A program made the position numbers and the translations under genes. From a virus (taxonomy: Duplodnaviria > Caudoviricetes): a stretch of 64,000 nucleotides of DNA. The notes under the pieces were generated by a model that did no database searches, was not told the DNA's origin, and saw only the letters and a program-made list of their open reading frames with translations. The number at the start of each line of letters is the position of its first letter. Position 1 is the stretch's first letter. The stretch covers positions 1 to 64,000 of the IMG/VR virus record IMGVR_UViG_3300028586_000001; one strand, given 5' to 3'. Of this stretch, positions 1 to 8,679 are shown one piece after another.

Positions 1-1191
1 GTTCATCGCGGCAGTCACCACACGATGGTTCTGCGCCGCTTCCCGGCTCGACGCATTTCCGCGCTGCTGCGTAGCCTGGAGCTGCGCCAACATGCGCTCG
101 TAGTTGCCGACAGCGTTGACTGCGTCTTTACCATACAGCTCGGTGGCCAGCGCCGTCTGGCCGTTATTGACCAGACCCTGTGCACGGCGCACGGTTGTGA
201 CCTGACCGCTGAGGCTATCGGTGTTGAAGTTGTTGTTCTGGATCATGCCGCGCTGCGTCGCCCGTTGGGCGTCGGTCATGGCCTTCACCTTCATCAGATG
301 TTCGCGGTACTGCTGCTCCTGCTCCAGCAGACTCTGCTTCTGTGCCGCCTTGTCCGCGTCACGGAACGTCTTTTCCAGCTCCCGGTGGCGCGACAGGTAG
401 CCGCGCTGGCGCGCAAGGTGTTCCTGGTACTGTTGGGTCTCTGTGATGCCCTTGACGCGCTTGGCTTCCTTCGCATCTTCGGCCAGCATCTTCTCGATAG
501 CGTTCCACTCCTTGGCATGCTTCGCCTGATCCAGGAGGTGCTGACGGTACTGCTGGGTCTGCTCAGTGAGCTTCTGCTGTTCAGCACGCTTGAATGAGTC
601 CATAGCCGAACGCTGCCCGGCAAGGTGCGTCTGATACTGGCGGGCCTGCTCCAGCAACGACACACGGTTCGCGTCAGACGCTCGCTTGGCCGCAGCAAGG
701 TCGTTCTCGGTCGCAGGCAACTTCATGGACACGGTCATGCCCGTGTTCGGATTGCGGAACGACTGGGACTGACTGACGCGCTTGGCCGCTTCCTGGGCTA
801 CCACCTTGGTGGTCTCCTGGTGCAGACGCTGGGTGGCGGCGGCAGCAGAAGCCTCGCTCTCGATGACACCACGATTCTGGTTCTGAACTGCGTTGACGAC
901 AGCCTTCGCGGTGGTCTCAACAGTCGATACGGTCGAGCGCGACATGGCCGACATCGCATCCTGGTGCTTGGTGATCTCGTTGCGGGCATTGCGCAGCTCT
1001 ACACCCAGTGTAGCCAGCTCGCTCTGCGCCTTCGAGGTGCCGCCCGTGACCGCCTGCGGATTGGCCTTGAGAGCGTTGAACTCAACCATCTCGCCACGCA
1101 GACCAGCAAACGCCTGCCGCAATTCCTTCAGGTGCTGGAGGCCGGGTGCGGTGTCTACACCAAGGGCGATTGTTGAGATAGCGTCGTTCAT
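1..1191 (-). CDS. Tape measure protein, N-terminal part (runs off window start)
   Basis: Hand-translated ORF MNDAISTIALGVDTAPG... from ATG 1191 with AGGAAAC RBS. Ala/Gln/Glu-rich and helical, directly downstream of the tail chaperones. Absent from the ORF track because it has no stop in the window. Openness spot-checked, not checked codon by codon. Confidence 0.75.
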   Translation of the reverse strand, partial: MNDAISTIALGVDTAPGLQHLKELRQAFAGLRGEMVEFNALKANPQAVTGGTSKAQSELATLGVELRNARNEITKHQDAMSAMSRSTVSTVETTAKAVVNAVQNQNRGVIESEASAAAATQRLHQETTKVVAQEAAKRVSQSQSFRNPNTGMTVSMKLPATENDLAAAKRASDANRVSLLEQARQYQTHLAGQRSAMDSFKRAEQQKLTEQTQQYRQHLLDQAKHAKEWNAIEKMLAEDAKEAKRVKGITETQQYQEHLARQRGYLSRHRELEKTFRDADKAAQKQSLLEQEQQYREHLMKVKAMTDAQRATQRGMIQNNNFNTDSLSGQVTTVRRAQGLVNNGQTALATELYGKDAVNAVGNYERMLAQLQATQQRGNASSREAAQNHRVVTAAMN

Positions 1192-1252
1192 GGGTTTCCT
1201 AGCAGAATTTCGGGTTTCTGGAATCTTACCAGACAGCAAGCTGTCTTCATAG

Positions 1253-1281
1253 AAAGAAAAAGCCCCTCACTGGGAGGGGCT
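1253..1281 (-). terminator. Intrinsic terminator after the tail chaperone genes
   Basis: AGCCCCTC-N5-GAGGGGCT stem followed by TTTTCTTT on the minus strand. Confidence 0.8.
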
Positions 1282-1615
1282 AGTTCTTCTTTTCCATCTT
1301 CTTCCTGACGTGTTCCATAAATATGGTGTCCATGTCAAGGATCAACCGCATGAACACCTTGCGTCGCTCAGTCCGGCTCTCGCCAAGTATGTCCAGGTAC
1401 GACTTGATCTCCGTAATGGTGATCGACTGGACTCCTGCTTGGTTGAACTCTCGTTGAGCCGACAAGTCGCTGAAGGCATTCTTGAACCTGCGAAGCCCCT
1501 TCTTAAGGGTGACCCTCTTTTTCAGGGCCAGAGGGGTGATCCCCTCAGCTTGCATCTCCAGCAGCGACTTTAAGTGGGGACCCCATTCGAGTTCCCACGC
1601 AAGGTGTCCAGTTAG
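1280..1615 (-). CDS. Tail assembly chaperone T segment (-1 frame of G/GT fusion)
   Basis: Frame is open from 1615 (LTGHLAWELEWGPHLKSLLE) into the 1555 ATG ORF and is entered by -1 slippage at the end of G. Confidence 0.75.
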   Translation of the reverse strand, partial: LTGHLAWELEWGPHLKSLLEMQAEGITPLALKKRVTLKKGLRRFKNAFSDLSAQREFNQAGVQSITITEIKSYLDILGESRTERRKVFMRLILDMDTIFMEHVRKKMEKKN

Positions 1616-2115
1616 TTTTTTGCGGCTTCTTCCACCAGGGTGGCCTTGAAGCGGTCACGCATTTCGGACTGGCGCTTGACCCACAGACGGAAGTCGTTGT
1701 GTTCCAGCAGTGCAACGGCGGTCTCTTTCGAGTACGGCACGTCGATCTGGCCCTTGTACTTGACGTTTTCCCAGCCCAGCAGCAGGGTCTCGGCCATGAT
1801 CTCGCGCATCAGCTTTTTCGACAGCGCGTCGGAGGCTTCATCGCCGCGACCGAGCGCTTCCGAGTTCGCTTCCAGGACGGAGGTCAGCGCCTTGCCGTAG
1901 GCTTCGTTGTTGGCACGAGCGATCAGGAAGCGGGTAGCACCGCGATAGACCACCCAGGCGCCGTTTTCTTCCAGCGAAACGTCGGTAGCGAATTCATCGA
2001 ACAGGTCGAACAGTTCCAGGACAGCCGAGGCGTTCTTCTGGATTGCGACTGCTGCGCTTACGGTGTTTTGATCTTGCACGGTTATCTCCGGGTAGGTTAA
2101 ATCGAAAGGTGACAT
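1612..2115 (-). CDS. Tail assembly chaperone G
   Basis: Lies between tail tube and tape measure, with FDLFDEFATD and LLLGWENV motifs. Start moved to ATG 2115 because the 2163 TTG is the -35 of a promoter. Confidence 0.75.
   Translation of the reverse strand: MSPFDLTYPEITVQDQNTVSAAVAIQKNASAVLELFDLFDEFATDVSLEENGAWVVYRGATRFLIARANNEAYGKALTSVLEANSEALGRGDEASDALSKKLMREIMAETLLLGWENVKYKGQIDVPYSKETAVALLEHNDFRLWVKRQSEMRDRFKATLVEEAAKN
1615..1621 (-). other. -1 programmed ribosomal frameshift slippery site A-AAA-AAC
   Basis: GCA AAA AAC TAA at the end of G. The -1 frame joins the downstream ORF in frame. Confidence 0.8.
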
Positions 2116-2134
2116 CTTCGGGATGCAGGAACGC

Positions 2135-2163
2135 ATATTACCGTGCGGAATGAGTTTCGTCAA
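2135..2163 (-). promoter_or_regulatory. Sigma70-type promoter for the tail chaperone genes
   Basis: TTGACG-N17-TAATAT. Confidence 0.75.
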
Positions 2164-2195
2164 AGAAAAATAAAAGGCCCTCCGTAGAGGGCCTT
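2164..2195 (-). terminator. Intrinsic terminator after the tail tube gene
   Basis: AAGGCCCTC-TACG-GAGGGCCTT then TTATTTTT. Confidence 0.85.
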
Positions 2196-2213
2196 CGCCA
2201 TGGGCTGTGTCGC

Positions 2214-3419
2214 TTACGCAACGCCCATCTTGTCCATGATGATGGTCTTGCCGGTCACGGTGTCACGAATGCCCGTGAACGGAATCGACAACATGCAGTC
2301 GCTGTCCTTCGACCCGGCCTGGACCTTGGCGTCACCGAACTTCATCGCGGCGATGATGAACGCATAACCGTTCTTGCTGCCGTCGCACAGCACGAACTGA
2401 AGGCTGGTGCGGGTGTTGTTCAGGAACTTGTCATACATGGTGCCATCGGCAAGGTAGACTTCCATGGTGCCGGTGACTTTGACCGTACCCAGGCCGATGT
2501 TCGCGTTACCACGCTCACCGATAGCGTCCTGGCCGCGCAGGGTATTGTCGATGGACAGATCGAGCTTCTTGATCTTGGTGCCGGTCAGGGCAACGCCGCC
2601 TTCCAGGAGCTGGCCCAGGCCCGAAATTGCGTTCATCACATCGAAATTCTGCGATGCAACTGGCGTACCTGGCAGGCTGGTCGTGTCTTTGCGACCACCG
2701 CTCTTGCCCATGAATTCCATCGAGCCGGTCAGGATCGAGCCGGATGCCAACGAGAGGCTGAGCTTCGATGGGACCATACCCGTGAATGGGAAGAACTGGT
2801 TCACATCGTTGTGCGCACGCTCGAAGGTAAACGACTTCTTGGTCACACCGTTGGAGATGCGCGACGACGACAGGGTTGCAGCCTTGGCGACAGTATCCAC
2901 GACCAGGGGGGTTGCCGGATCAACGGTCAGGGTCGTGCCGGTCGGCGCAGTGGTAGCGTGGACCTTCAGGAACTTCTTGTCGTTGACATTGCCGGGGCAT
3001 TGGAGCTGGAACCACTGGCCGGGTTTCAGCGTTGTGAACGCCGAGGTGCCGGTTGGCGCTGCACTGGCCACGACAGCCGTCGCAGTGGTGGTCGCCTGGA
3101 AACCAGTGCCTACGCCGCCAGTACCATACGGTTCCCAGGCTTGTGCCATCAGCATGGCACGGAACAGGGTGTCGAATTCCTTGTACGACAGCTCGATGTT
3201 GACGCCGCCAGCCGCCGAGGCGCCAGTCTCGATCAGATCGGCCGTTTGACGGTCAGGGGTAATCTCACCCGACTCGGTCTTCGAGATCGAGAACGCGAGC
3301 GATTCGCCCGTCATGCGCAGATTGTTCGGGTTGCCGGTGGTAGGCGTCACGCCGTAGTCGGTTTCCTCGATATAGCGCACTTGCGCCAGATTCGATGATG
3401 CAAATTCTTGGATTGGCAT
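2214..3419 (-). CDS. Major tail tube protein
   Basis: 401 aa with N-terminal ASSNLAQVRYIEETDYGVTP...LRMTGESL typical of tail tube proteins. Position upstream of chaperones and TMP, own terminator. Confidence 0.8.
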   Translation of the reverse strand: MPIQEFASSNLAQVRYIEETDYGVTPTTGNPNNLRMTGESLAFSISKTESGEITPDRQTADLIETGASAAGGVNIELSYKEFDTLFRAMLMAQAWEPYGTGGVGTGFQATTTATAVVASAAPTGTSAFTTLKPGQWFQLQCPGNVNDKKFLKVHATTAPTGTTLTVDPATPLVVDTVAKAATLSSSRISNGVTKKSFTFERAHNDVNQFFPFTGMVPSKLSLSLASGSILTGSMEFMGKSGGRKDTTSLPGTPVASQNFDVMNAISGLGQLLEGGVALTGTKIKKLDLSIDNTLRGQDAIGERGNANIGLGTVKVTGTMEVYLADGTMYDKFLNNTRTSLQFVLCDGSKNGYAFIIAAMKFGDAKVQAGSKDSDCMLSIPFTGIRDTVTGKTIIMDKMGVA

Positions 3420-3428
3420 GCCAGTTCC

Positions 3429-3860
3429 TTAGTAGGGTGTTGTGTTTGAGTCTGCAAAGAAAGGAAAGGACACGGTGATGGCGTGCCATCCATCGTGAGC
3501 TTCTGGGCTACCGGGCGCTCCGGGTTCATTGACATGAACCCCACCGAGCGCCTTAAATTTGAAGTGATCCGTGATCTCATCTTCCAGCATCAATCGGTTC
3601 CGTGTGCCGGTCCCTTTCTTGCCCATGAGAATGATGAAAACGGTGCCATAGTACCTGTGATCTGGATTCCAAGCAACATTCTTTTGAGCACTGCCGTCCC
3701 ACTCAATGCTAAAAATCACAAAGGTCTCGGCCATATTCGACAGGTCAATGTCGTCCTGATTGTCCAGCTCAATATGTAAGGGACGGCCTTCAGCCTTCCA
3801 CATATCGGCCAGCACTTCCATGTGTGCTACTAGCGCATCACGAATTTGCACCTTATTCAC
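3429..3860 (-). CDS. Putative tail terminator/completion protein
   Basis: 143 aa, directly upstream of the tail tube, coupled stop/start. Confidence 0.55.
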   Translation of the reverse strand: MNKVQIRDALVAHMEVLADMWKAEGRPLHIELDNQDDIDLSNMAETFVIFSIEWDGSAQKNVAWNPDHRYYGTVFIILMGKKGTGTRNRLMLEDEITDHFKFKALGGVHVNEPGAPGSPEAHDGWHAITVSFPFFADSNTTPY

Positions 3861-4360
3861 TTCATCATCTCCATGTGGGATTTTCCGATGCGGCTGAAAT
3901 GCACCTTCACATACTCTTTAGTCTGACGCAGCGGACCAAGACCCCCATAGTTGACCGGACGCAGTTTGAGCATTCCACCCTCAATCTTCCAGGCATAAAA
4001 GTCATGGTGGTGTGAGGTGTTGGCAAGCCATAGAGTCTGGCCAAGTTTGGCTCCGTTGAGCTTCCCGGCATTGCTGGCCATCGCGTACTGGATGGCCCCA
4101 ACGTCACCCTTACCAAGTGGTTCCTCCGTGGGAAACTTCTTCTCAGGGAAGACACCCTCTACGAAGGTGGTGTCAGGGTTGCCCGCACTCAGTCGAAAAT
4201 TTGCGACGAAGTCACCGGAATACTGCGGGGATATCTTCGCGGCCTGACGCAGCGAGACCCACATCAGGGCAATCGCAGCTTTCAGGACTTCAGCCTCGAC
4301 AGCAGCAAGCCACTTGTCGATGTCCTCGAACACCTTGCCGGTGTTGGTTACCTTAAACAT
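3857..4360 (-). CDS. Putative neck/tail-completion protein (HK97 gp10-like)
   Basis: 167 aa, synteny in the head-tail joining block, SPQYSGDFVANF motif. Confidence 0.5.
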   Translation of the reverse strand: MFKVTNTGKVFEDIDKWLAAVEAEVLKAAIALMWVSLRQAAKISPQYSGDFVANFRLSAGNPDTTFVEGVFPEKKFPTEEPLGKGDVGAIQYAMASNAGKLNGAKLGQTLWLANTSHHHDFYAWKIEGGMLKLRPVNYGGLGPLRQTKEYVKVHFSRIGKSHMEMMK

Positions 4361-5228
4361 ATCGCATGTGCAGGCTCCAGACGCTGCCCTGGTCGATGAC
4401 GCTAACCACTTTCAGCTCCCGCCCATTTACCCTTACGCTGTCGGATACACTCGGTGTAGTTTCTGATTTCAGCACCATTAAGATGCTGTCCCCCGCCTGG
4501 AACTTGGTCGAGTAGACCGCCATGTAGCTGAAGGTCGATTGCCACCGTATGTTCAGGCCGCGCACCACCTTGGTGGTTGGAACCTTCTTGTCGAGCTTGC
4601 GGTCATAGACGACGCTGGTGAACAACACGTCGAGCAGCACTGGGTCTGGCAGCTCATCGACCACGGCCATGGTGAAGCCACCTGCGGTGTCGATGGTGTT
4701 GCGGACAAGGTGCCACTTTCCGTGCATCCTGATCAGGACGTTGGCCTCGTTGCCGTCATAGTTGGGGCTGGCCACCCACTCCGGGTCGCTCAAGACCTCG
4801 GTGTGCGCCATGTAGACGTTGTACGAAGGGTACAGGGTAGCCGACTCGACCTCCTGCCGGTCCTTCGTCCAAAGCCGCCCCGCGTACATCTCGTGCGGCG
4901 CAGCTCCCGTGAGCGCCTGGGAGAACGTAAAGACCTCAGCCATGTCGTCCACGCGGTGCAGCACGTACTTCTCCCGCAGCATCTCATCGCCGTGGAAGTC
5001 TTTCGTACCTTGCCCTACCACCCAGCGTTCGCCAGCAGCAAATACCACGCAGCGGGGAGGGGTGGTGACCCCTTCCGGGACCGACAACAGACGACGTTCC
5101 GACGCGAGGCTGTCACGCGAGTTGTCATCGAATGGCATCACCCGGCCACGGAACGTTGTGGTCGGGTTGTAGGCGTCACGGATAGTCATGGTGTCAAAGA
5201 CTTTCGACACCTGGGACAGCTTCATCAT
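4353..5228 (-). CDS. Putative head-closure/virion structural protein
   Basis: Start at ATG 5228 overlapping the upstream TGA (ATGA), synteny. Confidence 0.5.
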   Translation of the reverse strand: MMKLSQVSKVFDTMTIRDAYNPTTTFRGRVMPFDDNSRDSLASERRLLSVPEGVTTPPRCVVFAAGERWVVGQGTKDFHGDEMLREKYVLHRVDDMAEVFTFSQALTGAAPHEMYAGRLWTKDRQEVESATLYPSYNVYMAHTEVLSDPEWVASPNYDGNEANVLIRMHGKWHLVRNTIDTAGGFTMAVVDELPDPVLLDVLFTSVVYDRKLDKKVPTTKVVRGLNIRWQSTFSYMAVYSTKFQAGDSILMVLKSETTPSVSDSVRVNGRELKVVSVIDQGSVWSLHMRYV

Positions 5229-5713
5229 GAGGTGGTCACCGGATCGGTTGTAGCGGTGGAGATCAGCATGATCGTGCGAGGGCGCACGACAACGTCGGTT
5301 GACTGGGTCGCTGCCAGGGCGGCAAGGGTCCGCTGCCGGTAGACCTCCCACTGTGCCTTGACGTGCTTGATCGTTTCCTTGTAGGGATCAGAGAAGCGCG
5401 AGACCTCGGCCTTGCTGTCGGACATGCTCTTGACGCTGAACATCGACAGGGAGCCAGAGAGCTGCCGGGCGACGATGTAGGTGGCAAGTAGCCGGGTGCT
5501 GGCCACCAGCCGCTTCTGTGCCTTGCTGGCGCCCTCACCGAGCGCCACCGAAGCCTCGTACTTCTCGACCAGGATGGCGTCAACCTCGTCCAGTTCAGTG
5601 GCAAGGTTGTCCTCGTAGATTCGCAGACCGAGCTTTTCATCGGTCAGCTCCTCGTCGTTGACGCCCAGAGCTGCCCGGATTTCATCGTAGCTGGTGTAAC
5701 CGAGCAGCGCCAT
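5225..5713 (-). CDS. Putative head-tail adaptor
   Basis: 162 aa, N-terminal YTSYDEIRAALG typical of adaptors, synteny. Confidence 0.55.
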   Translation of the reverse strand: MALLGYTSYDEIRAALGVNDEELTDEKLGLRIYEDNLATELDEVDAILVEKYEASVALGEGASKAQKRLVASTRLLATYIVARQLSGSLSMFSVKSMSDSKAEVSRFSDPYKETIKHVKAQWEVYRQRTLAALAATQSTDVVVRPRTIMLISTATTDPVTTS

Positions 5714-5715
5714 GA

Positions 5716-6153
5716 TCAGTCGTCCGATTCGATGGCCAGCTTTTCGTTAGCCAGTTGGTATTCGACCCAGCCGGTCAGAACCGTCTTGGTGGCCTTGTCC
5801 GGGCTGAAGCTCTTGCAGGTGTCGGGGTCTGTAATGCTGCGACCGCCCGTGGCCACCACGTACTGGGTGCCGAACTTCTGCTTGCGTTCCTGGAATTCAC
5901 GAGCGGCGCGCTCGGCGATGGTTTCCTGGTCAGCGAACGCCTGGATGGTAGCGGCAACGGCTTCAGTCACGGTAGCCCCGCTCGCCATACGCTCGACAGC
6001 CGCTTTCTCACGGTCCAGTTGCGCTTGTTCTTCAACCGACACGGTTTCAGCGACAGGCGTGGTCACTTCGGTAGCGACCGGAGGGGTGGCGACGGTGTCT
6101 TTGGCCAGTTCAGCCGTCAGGTCTGGCTTCGGTGCTGCGGTTGCTTTGCTCAT
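5716..6153 (-). CDS. Hypothetical Ala/Thr-rich protein after the capsid gene
   Basis: 145 aa, AAGGAAAC RBS. Confidence 0.65.
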   Translation of the reverse strand: MSKATAAPKPDLTAELAKDTVATPPVATEVTTPVAETVSVEEQAQLDREKAAVERMASGATVTEAVAATIQAFADQETIAERAAREFQERKQKFGTQYVVATGGRSITDPDTCKSFSPDKATKTVLTGWVEYQLANEKLAIESDD

Positions 6154-6191
6154 GATGTTTCCTTGATATGTGGTATGGGGTGGAAAGCTAT

Positions 6192-6220
6192 AGGATGATT
6201 GACTTGTTTCCGCTAGTCAA
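6192..6220 (-). promoter_or_regulatory. Putative sigma70 promoter with overlapping inverted repeat
   Basis: TTGACT-N17-CATCCT, with TTGACT-N10-AGTCAA palindrome at 6199-6220. Confidence 0.5.
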
Positions 6221-6231
6221 GTGTCGAGCGA

Positions 6232-6260
6232 GAAAAAGGCCCCCCGCAGGGAGCCTTTTC
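6232..6260 (-). terminator. Intrinsic terminator after the major capsid gene
   Basis: GGCTCCC-TGCG-GGGGGCC then TTTTT. Confidence 0.85.
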
Positions 6261-6274
6261 CGGCCGGCGCCGAC

Positions 6275-7459
6275 TTAGACGGTCAGCGTCAGAACTTCAA
6301 ACGCTTCATCGAACAGGCGGTAGACGATTTCGCCGTGGTCGAAGCGCATCTGGGTTGCGCGGCGCATCACGAGCTGTTCGATGGCTTCGTACTGCGCGGT
6401 CAGCGACTTGACGCGGTGGATTGCGTAGCGCTGGTCCAGGCCCAGGATCGTGCCAGCAGGCCAGTCCGGGTTCTGGGTGATAAAGATTTTGGTGTTGAAG
6501 TCCCACGACGGGTTCATGATCGTCGGGATCGCGTCGATGCGCGGCGAACCTGGGTTGTCGGTCTGGTTCGTCGGCTTGCCGCGACGGTTCTCGATGGCCA
6601 TCGCCGTCTTCAGATCGGTGATGACGTGGGTGATGCGGCGCTTGGTCGAGTTCGCGGCCAGCCAGTAAATCCAGGCTTCGTGCGACAGGGTGCCGTTGGT
6701 GGTGATGGTCGCGTCGAACGAGCTGGCCTTGCGGACTTTACCGGCAATCGATGCCAGCGAGACCATGTCCATGTCCTTGTCGCCTTCCAGCAGGGACATG
6801 ATGTAGTAGTTCGCACGTTCATTGCGCTCGGTGGCAGCTTGGCGAGCCAGCGCGAGGCCGACGAGGTCCAGCGAGGTGGCGCGGATAGCTTGTTCCGAGA
6901 TTTCCAGGCCCAGGCCGATGACCGGGATGCGGCGGCTTTGCTCAGCCACGGTGATCGACAGCATGGCGTTTGGCATCGCCAGTTGGCTGATCGTCTGCGC
7001 ACGGTGCGCTTCAGGACGGCTGAAGTCCAGCACGGCACGCTCGAAGCGGTCGTGGTTGATCGAGTCATCGACTGCGATCAGTTTCTCGAACGCGTTCGGC
7101 GTGGTTTCCTGGTCAACCGACAGGCGGTTTTCGATGGCCGACATCAGGGCCGCAGGGAACAGGATGCGCGAGTTCGGGACGGCTTCCTTGACGATGGTGC
7201 CCGATGCGTCCTGCGAAGGGCGACCGTTGAGCACGTCGTTCAGGTTGGCCGACTTGATGCCGTATTCCTTGTTGGCCTTCAGGAAGATGCCTTCCGAGGC
7301 AAGGATTTGCGTGTACGCCGAAGGGCCATCAGGCGCAGTCGGGTAGATGCTGTTGATGTACTGGTCGAACGATTGACCAGCCTCAGCAGCTTCGCGGTAC
7401 ATCGTGACCGCCAGCTTGACTTGCTGGCGTGCGCCGTTGTTGTCGATGAATGATGCCAT
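6275..7459 (-). CDS. Major capsid protein
   Basis: 394 aa, follows protease-scaffold-decoration, strongly biased codons, own terminator. Confidence 0.85.
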   Translation of the reverse strand: MASFIDNNGARQQVKLAVTMYREAAEAGQSFDQYINSIYPTAPDGPSAYTQILASEGIFLKANKEYGIKSANLNDVLNGRPSQDASGTIVKEAVPNSRILFPAALMSAIENRLSVDQETTPNAFEKLIAVDDSINHDRFERAVLDFSRPEAHRAQTISQLAMPNAMLSITVAEQSRRIPVIGLGLEISEQAIRATSLDLVGLALARQAATERNERANYYIMSLLEGDKDMDMVSLASIAGKVRKASSFDATITTNGTLSHEAWIYWLAANSTKRRITHVITDLKTAMAIENRRGKPTNQTDNPGSPRIDAIPTIMNPSWDFNTKIFITQNPDWPAGTILGLDQRYAIHRVKSLTAQYEAIEQLVMRRATQMRFDHGEIVYRLFDEAFEVLTLTV

Positions 7460-7498
7460 TTTGTATCTAGCTCCAGTGGGGTATTTTGATGACCGGGA

Positions 7499-7984
7499 TT
7501 AGCGGCCGACTTTTTCGATCAGGCCGGTGGTGCCAACGGCGCCCGTACCCTTGAAGATTGCGACCAGACGCCATGCGAATGGGCTGGCCTTGGCCACAGC
7601 TTGGTCGGTGGCCTTGCAGACCTTTGGACCAGCATCGGTCAGGGCAACGCCCTTGGCGACTGGGGTGCCGACGACGACGTAATCACCGATGGCGATGCTG
7701 CCGGTGCCAGGGGTGGCTTGCAGGCCGTCCAGGACCACGTCCAGGCGGTCGCCGGTCTGAACCGAACCCGTCGAGTAGCCATCGCTGGTAGCGGTGTCCA
7801 CGGCGATGATCGCAGCTTCGATGTCGCTGCCAGCAGCAGCCAGATCATAGCGGCTGTCACCAGCCAGTTTGACGAATTTGCCAGCGTCCTTGTCGTTCAG
7901 ACGGCCAGCGGCTTCGTCCGACGAGCCGAGGCGGGTGGTGAGACCGATAGTGCCGATCAGTCGTGCGAATTGGAACTTTGCCAT
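7499..7984 (-). CDS. Head decoration/cement protein
   Basis: 161 aa, Gly/Ala-rich, immediately upstream of the MCP. Confidence 0.65.
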   Translation of the reverse strand: MAKFQFARLIGTIGLTTRLGSSDEAAGRLNDKDAGKFVKLAGDSRYDLAAAGSDIEAAIIAVDTATSDGYSTGSVQTGDRLDVVLDGLQATPGTGSIAIGDYVVVGTPVAKGVALTDAGPKVCKATDQAVAKASPFAWRLVAIFKGTGAVGTTGLIEKVGR

Positions 7985-8011
7985 TTCAGTTTCCTTGATG
8001 TAGTAGGTGGA

Positions 8012-8617
8012 TTAAGCGCGCTTGTGTGCAGCGTAGACTGCGTTCAGACGGGCATTCTCCAGAGCGTCCGGCTTTTCACGGGTCGCCTTGGTGTCTGCAA
8101 CCGCGTCCACAGCCGCTACGCCACCAGCAGGGAACTTGGTTTGGAAGGTGGTCTTGGCGGTTTCGTGCTGCGCCAGGATTTCGGTTGCGGTCATCGCGGT
8201 CAGGTCGGTACGCGAACCGCCCAGCGCGACACGCATGTTGTTCAGCGAATCGGCTGCGATCAGCTTCAGGCCACCAGCCGACGCCTGGAGGTCAGCAAGC
8301 TGGGCCTTCAGGTTTGCATTCTCGACGTTGGCAGCCAGCAGTGCAGTGTCCTTGGCGGCAACTTGGCCTTGCAAGTAAGCCAGCACTTCGGTGTTGGCTA
8401 CACCTGGTGTAGCTGCTGGTGCAGGAGCGGCGGCGGCGGCAGCTTCAACGACAGGAGCAGCGACGGCAGCGGCAGGCGCAGGAGCTGCGCCGCCGATACC
8501 TTCAGCCGCAGGGGCAGGAACAGCAGTCACGGCAGGCACCGGGGCGACCGAAGCCTGGAGGGTGATTCCGGAAGCCATCGCTGCGATAGCTGCTTCGGTC
8601 AAAACGGTACGAGTCAT
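8012..8617 (-). CDS. Putative capsid scaffolding protein
   Basis: 201 aa, Ala/Pro-rich linker plus coiled coil, between protease and decoration genes. Confidence 0.6.
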   Translation of the reverse strand: MTRTVLTEAAIAAMASGITLQASVAPVPAVTAVPAPAAEGIGGAAPAPAAAVAAPVVEAAAAAAPAPAATPGVANTEVLAYLQGQVAAKDTALLAANVENANLKAQLADLQASAGGLKLIAADSLNNMRVALGGSRTDLTAMTATEILAQHETAKTTFQTKFPAGGVAAVDAVADTKATREKPDALENARLNAVYAAHKRA

Positions 8618-8649
8618 GATGGATATTTCCTTGGGTTAAATTTTGTTGA

Positions 8650-8679
8650 ATTGTGGCCGATGCTACTGTTGCTTGTCAA
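8650..8679 (-). promoter_or_regulatory. Putative sigma70 promoter for scaffold-decoration-capsid
   Basis: TTGACA-N18-CACAAT. Confidence 0.5.

Noticed and set aside
2116-2163. TTG start at 2163 for chaperone G
   Set aside because: That TTG is the -35 of a consensus promoter and lies upstream of the likely TSS
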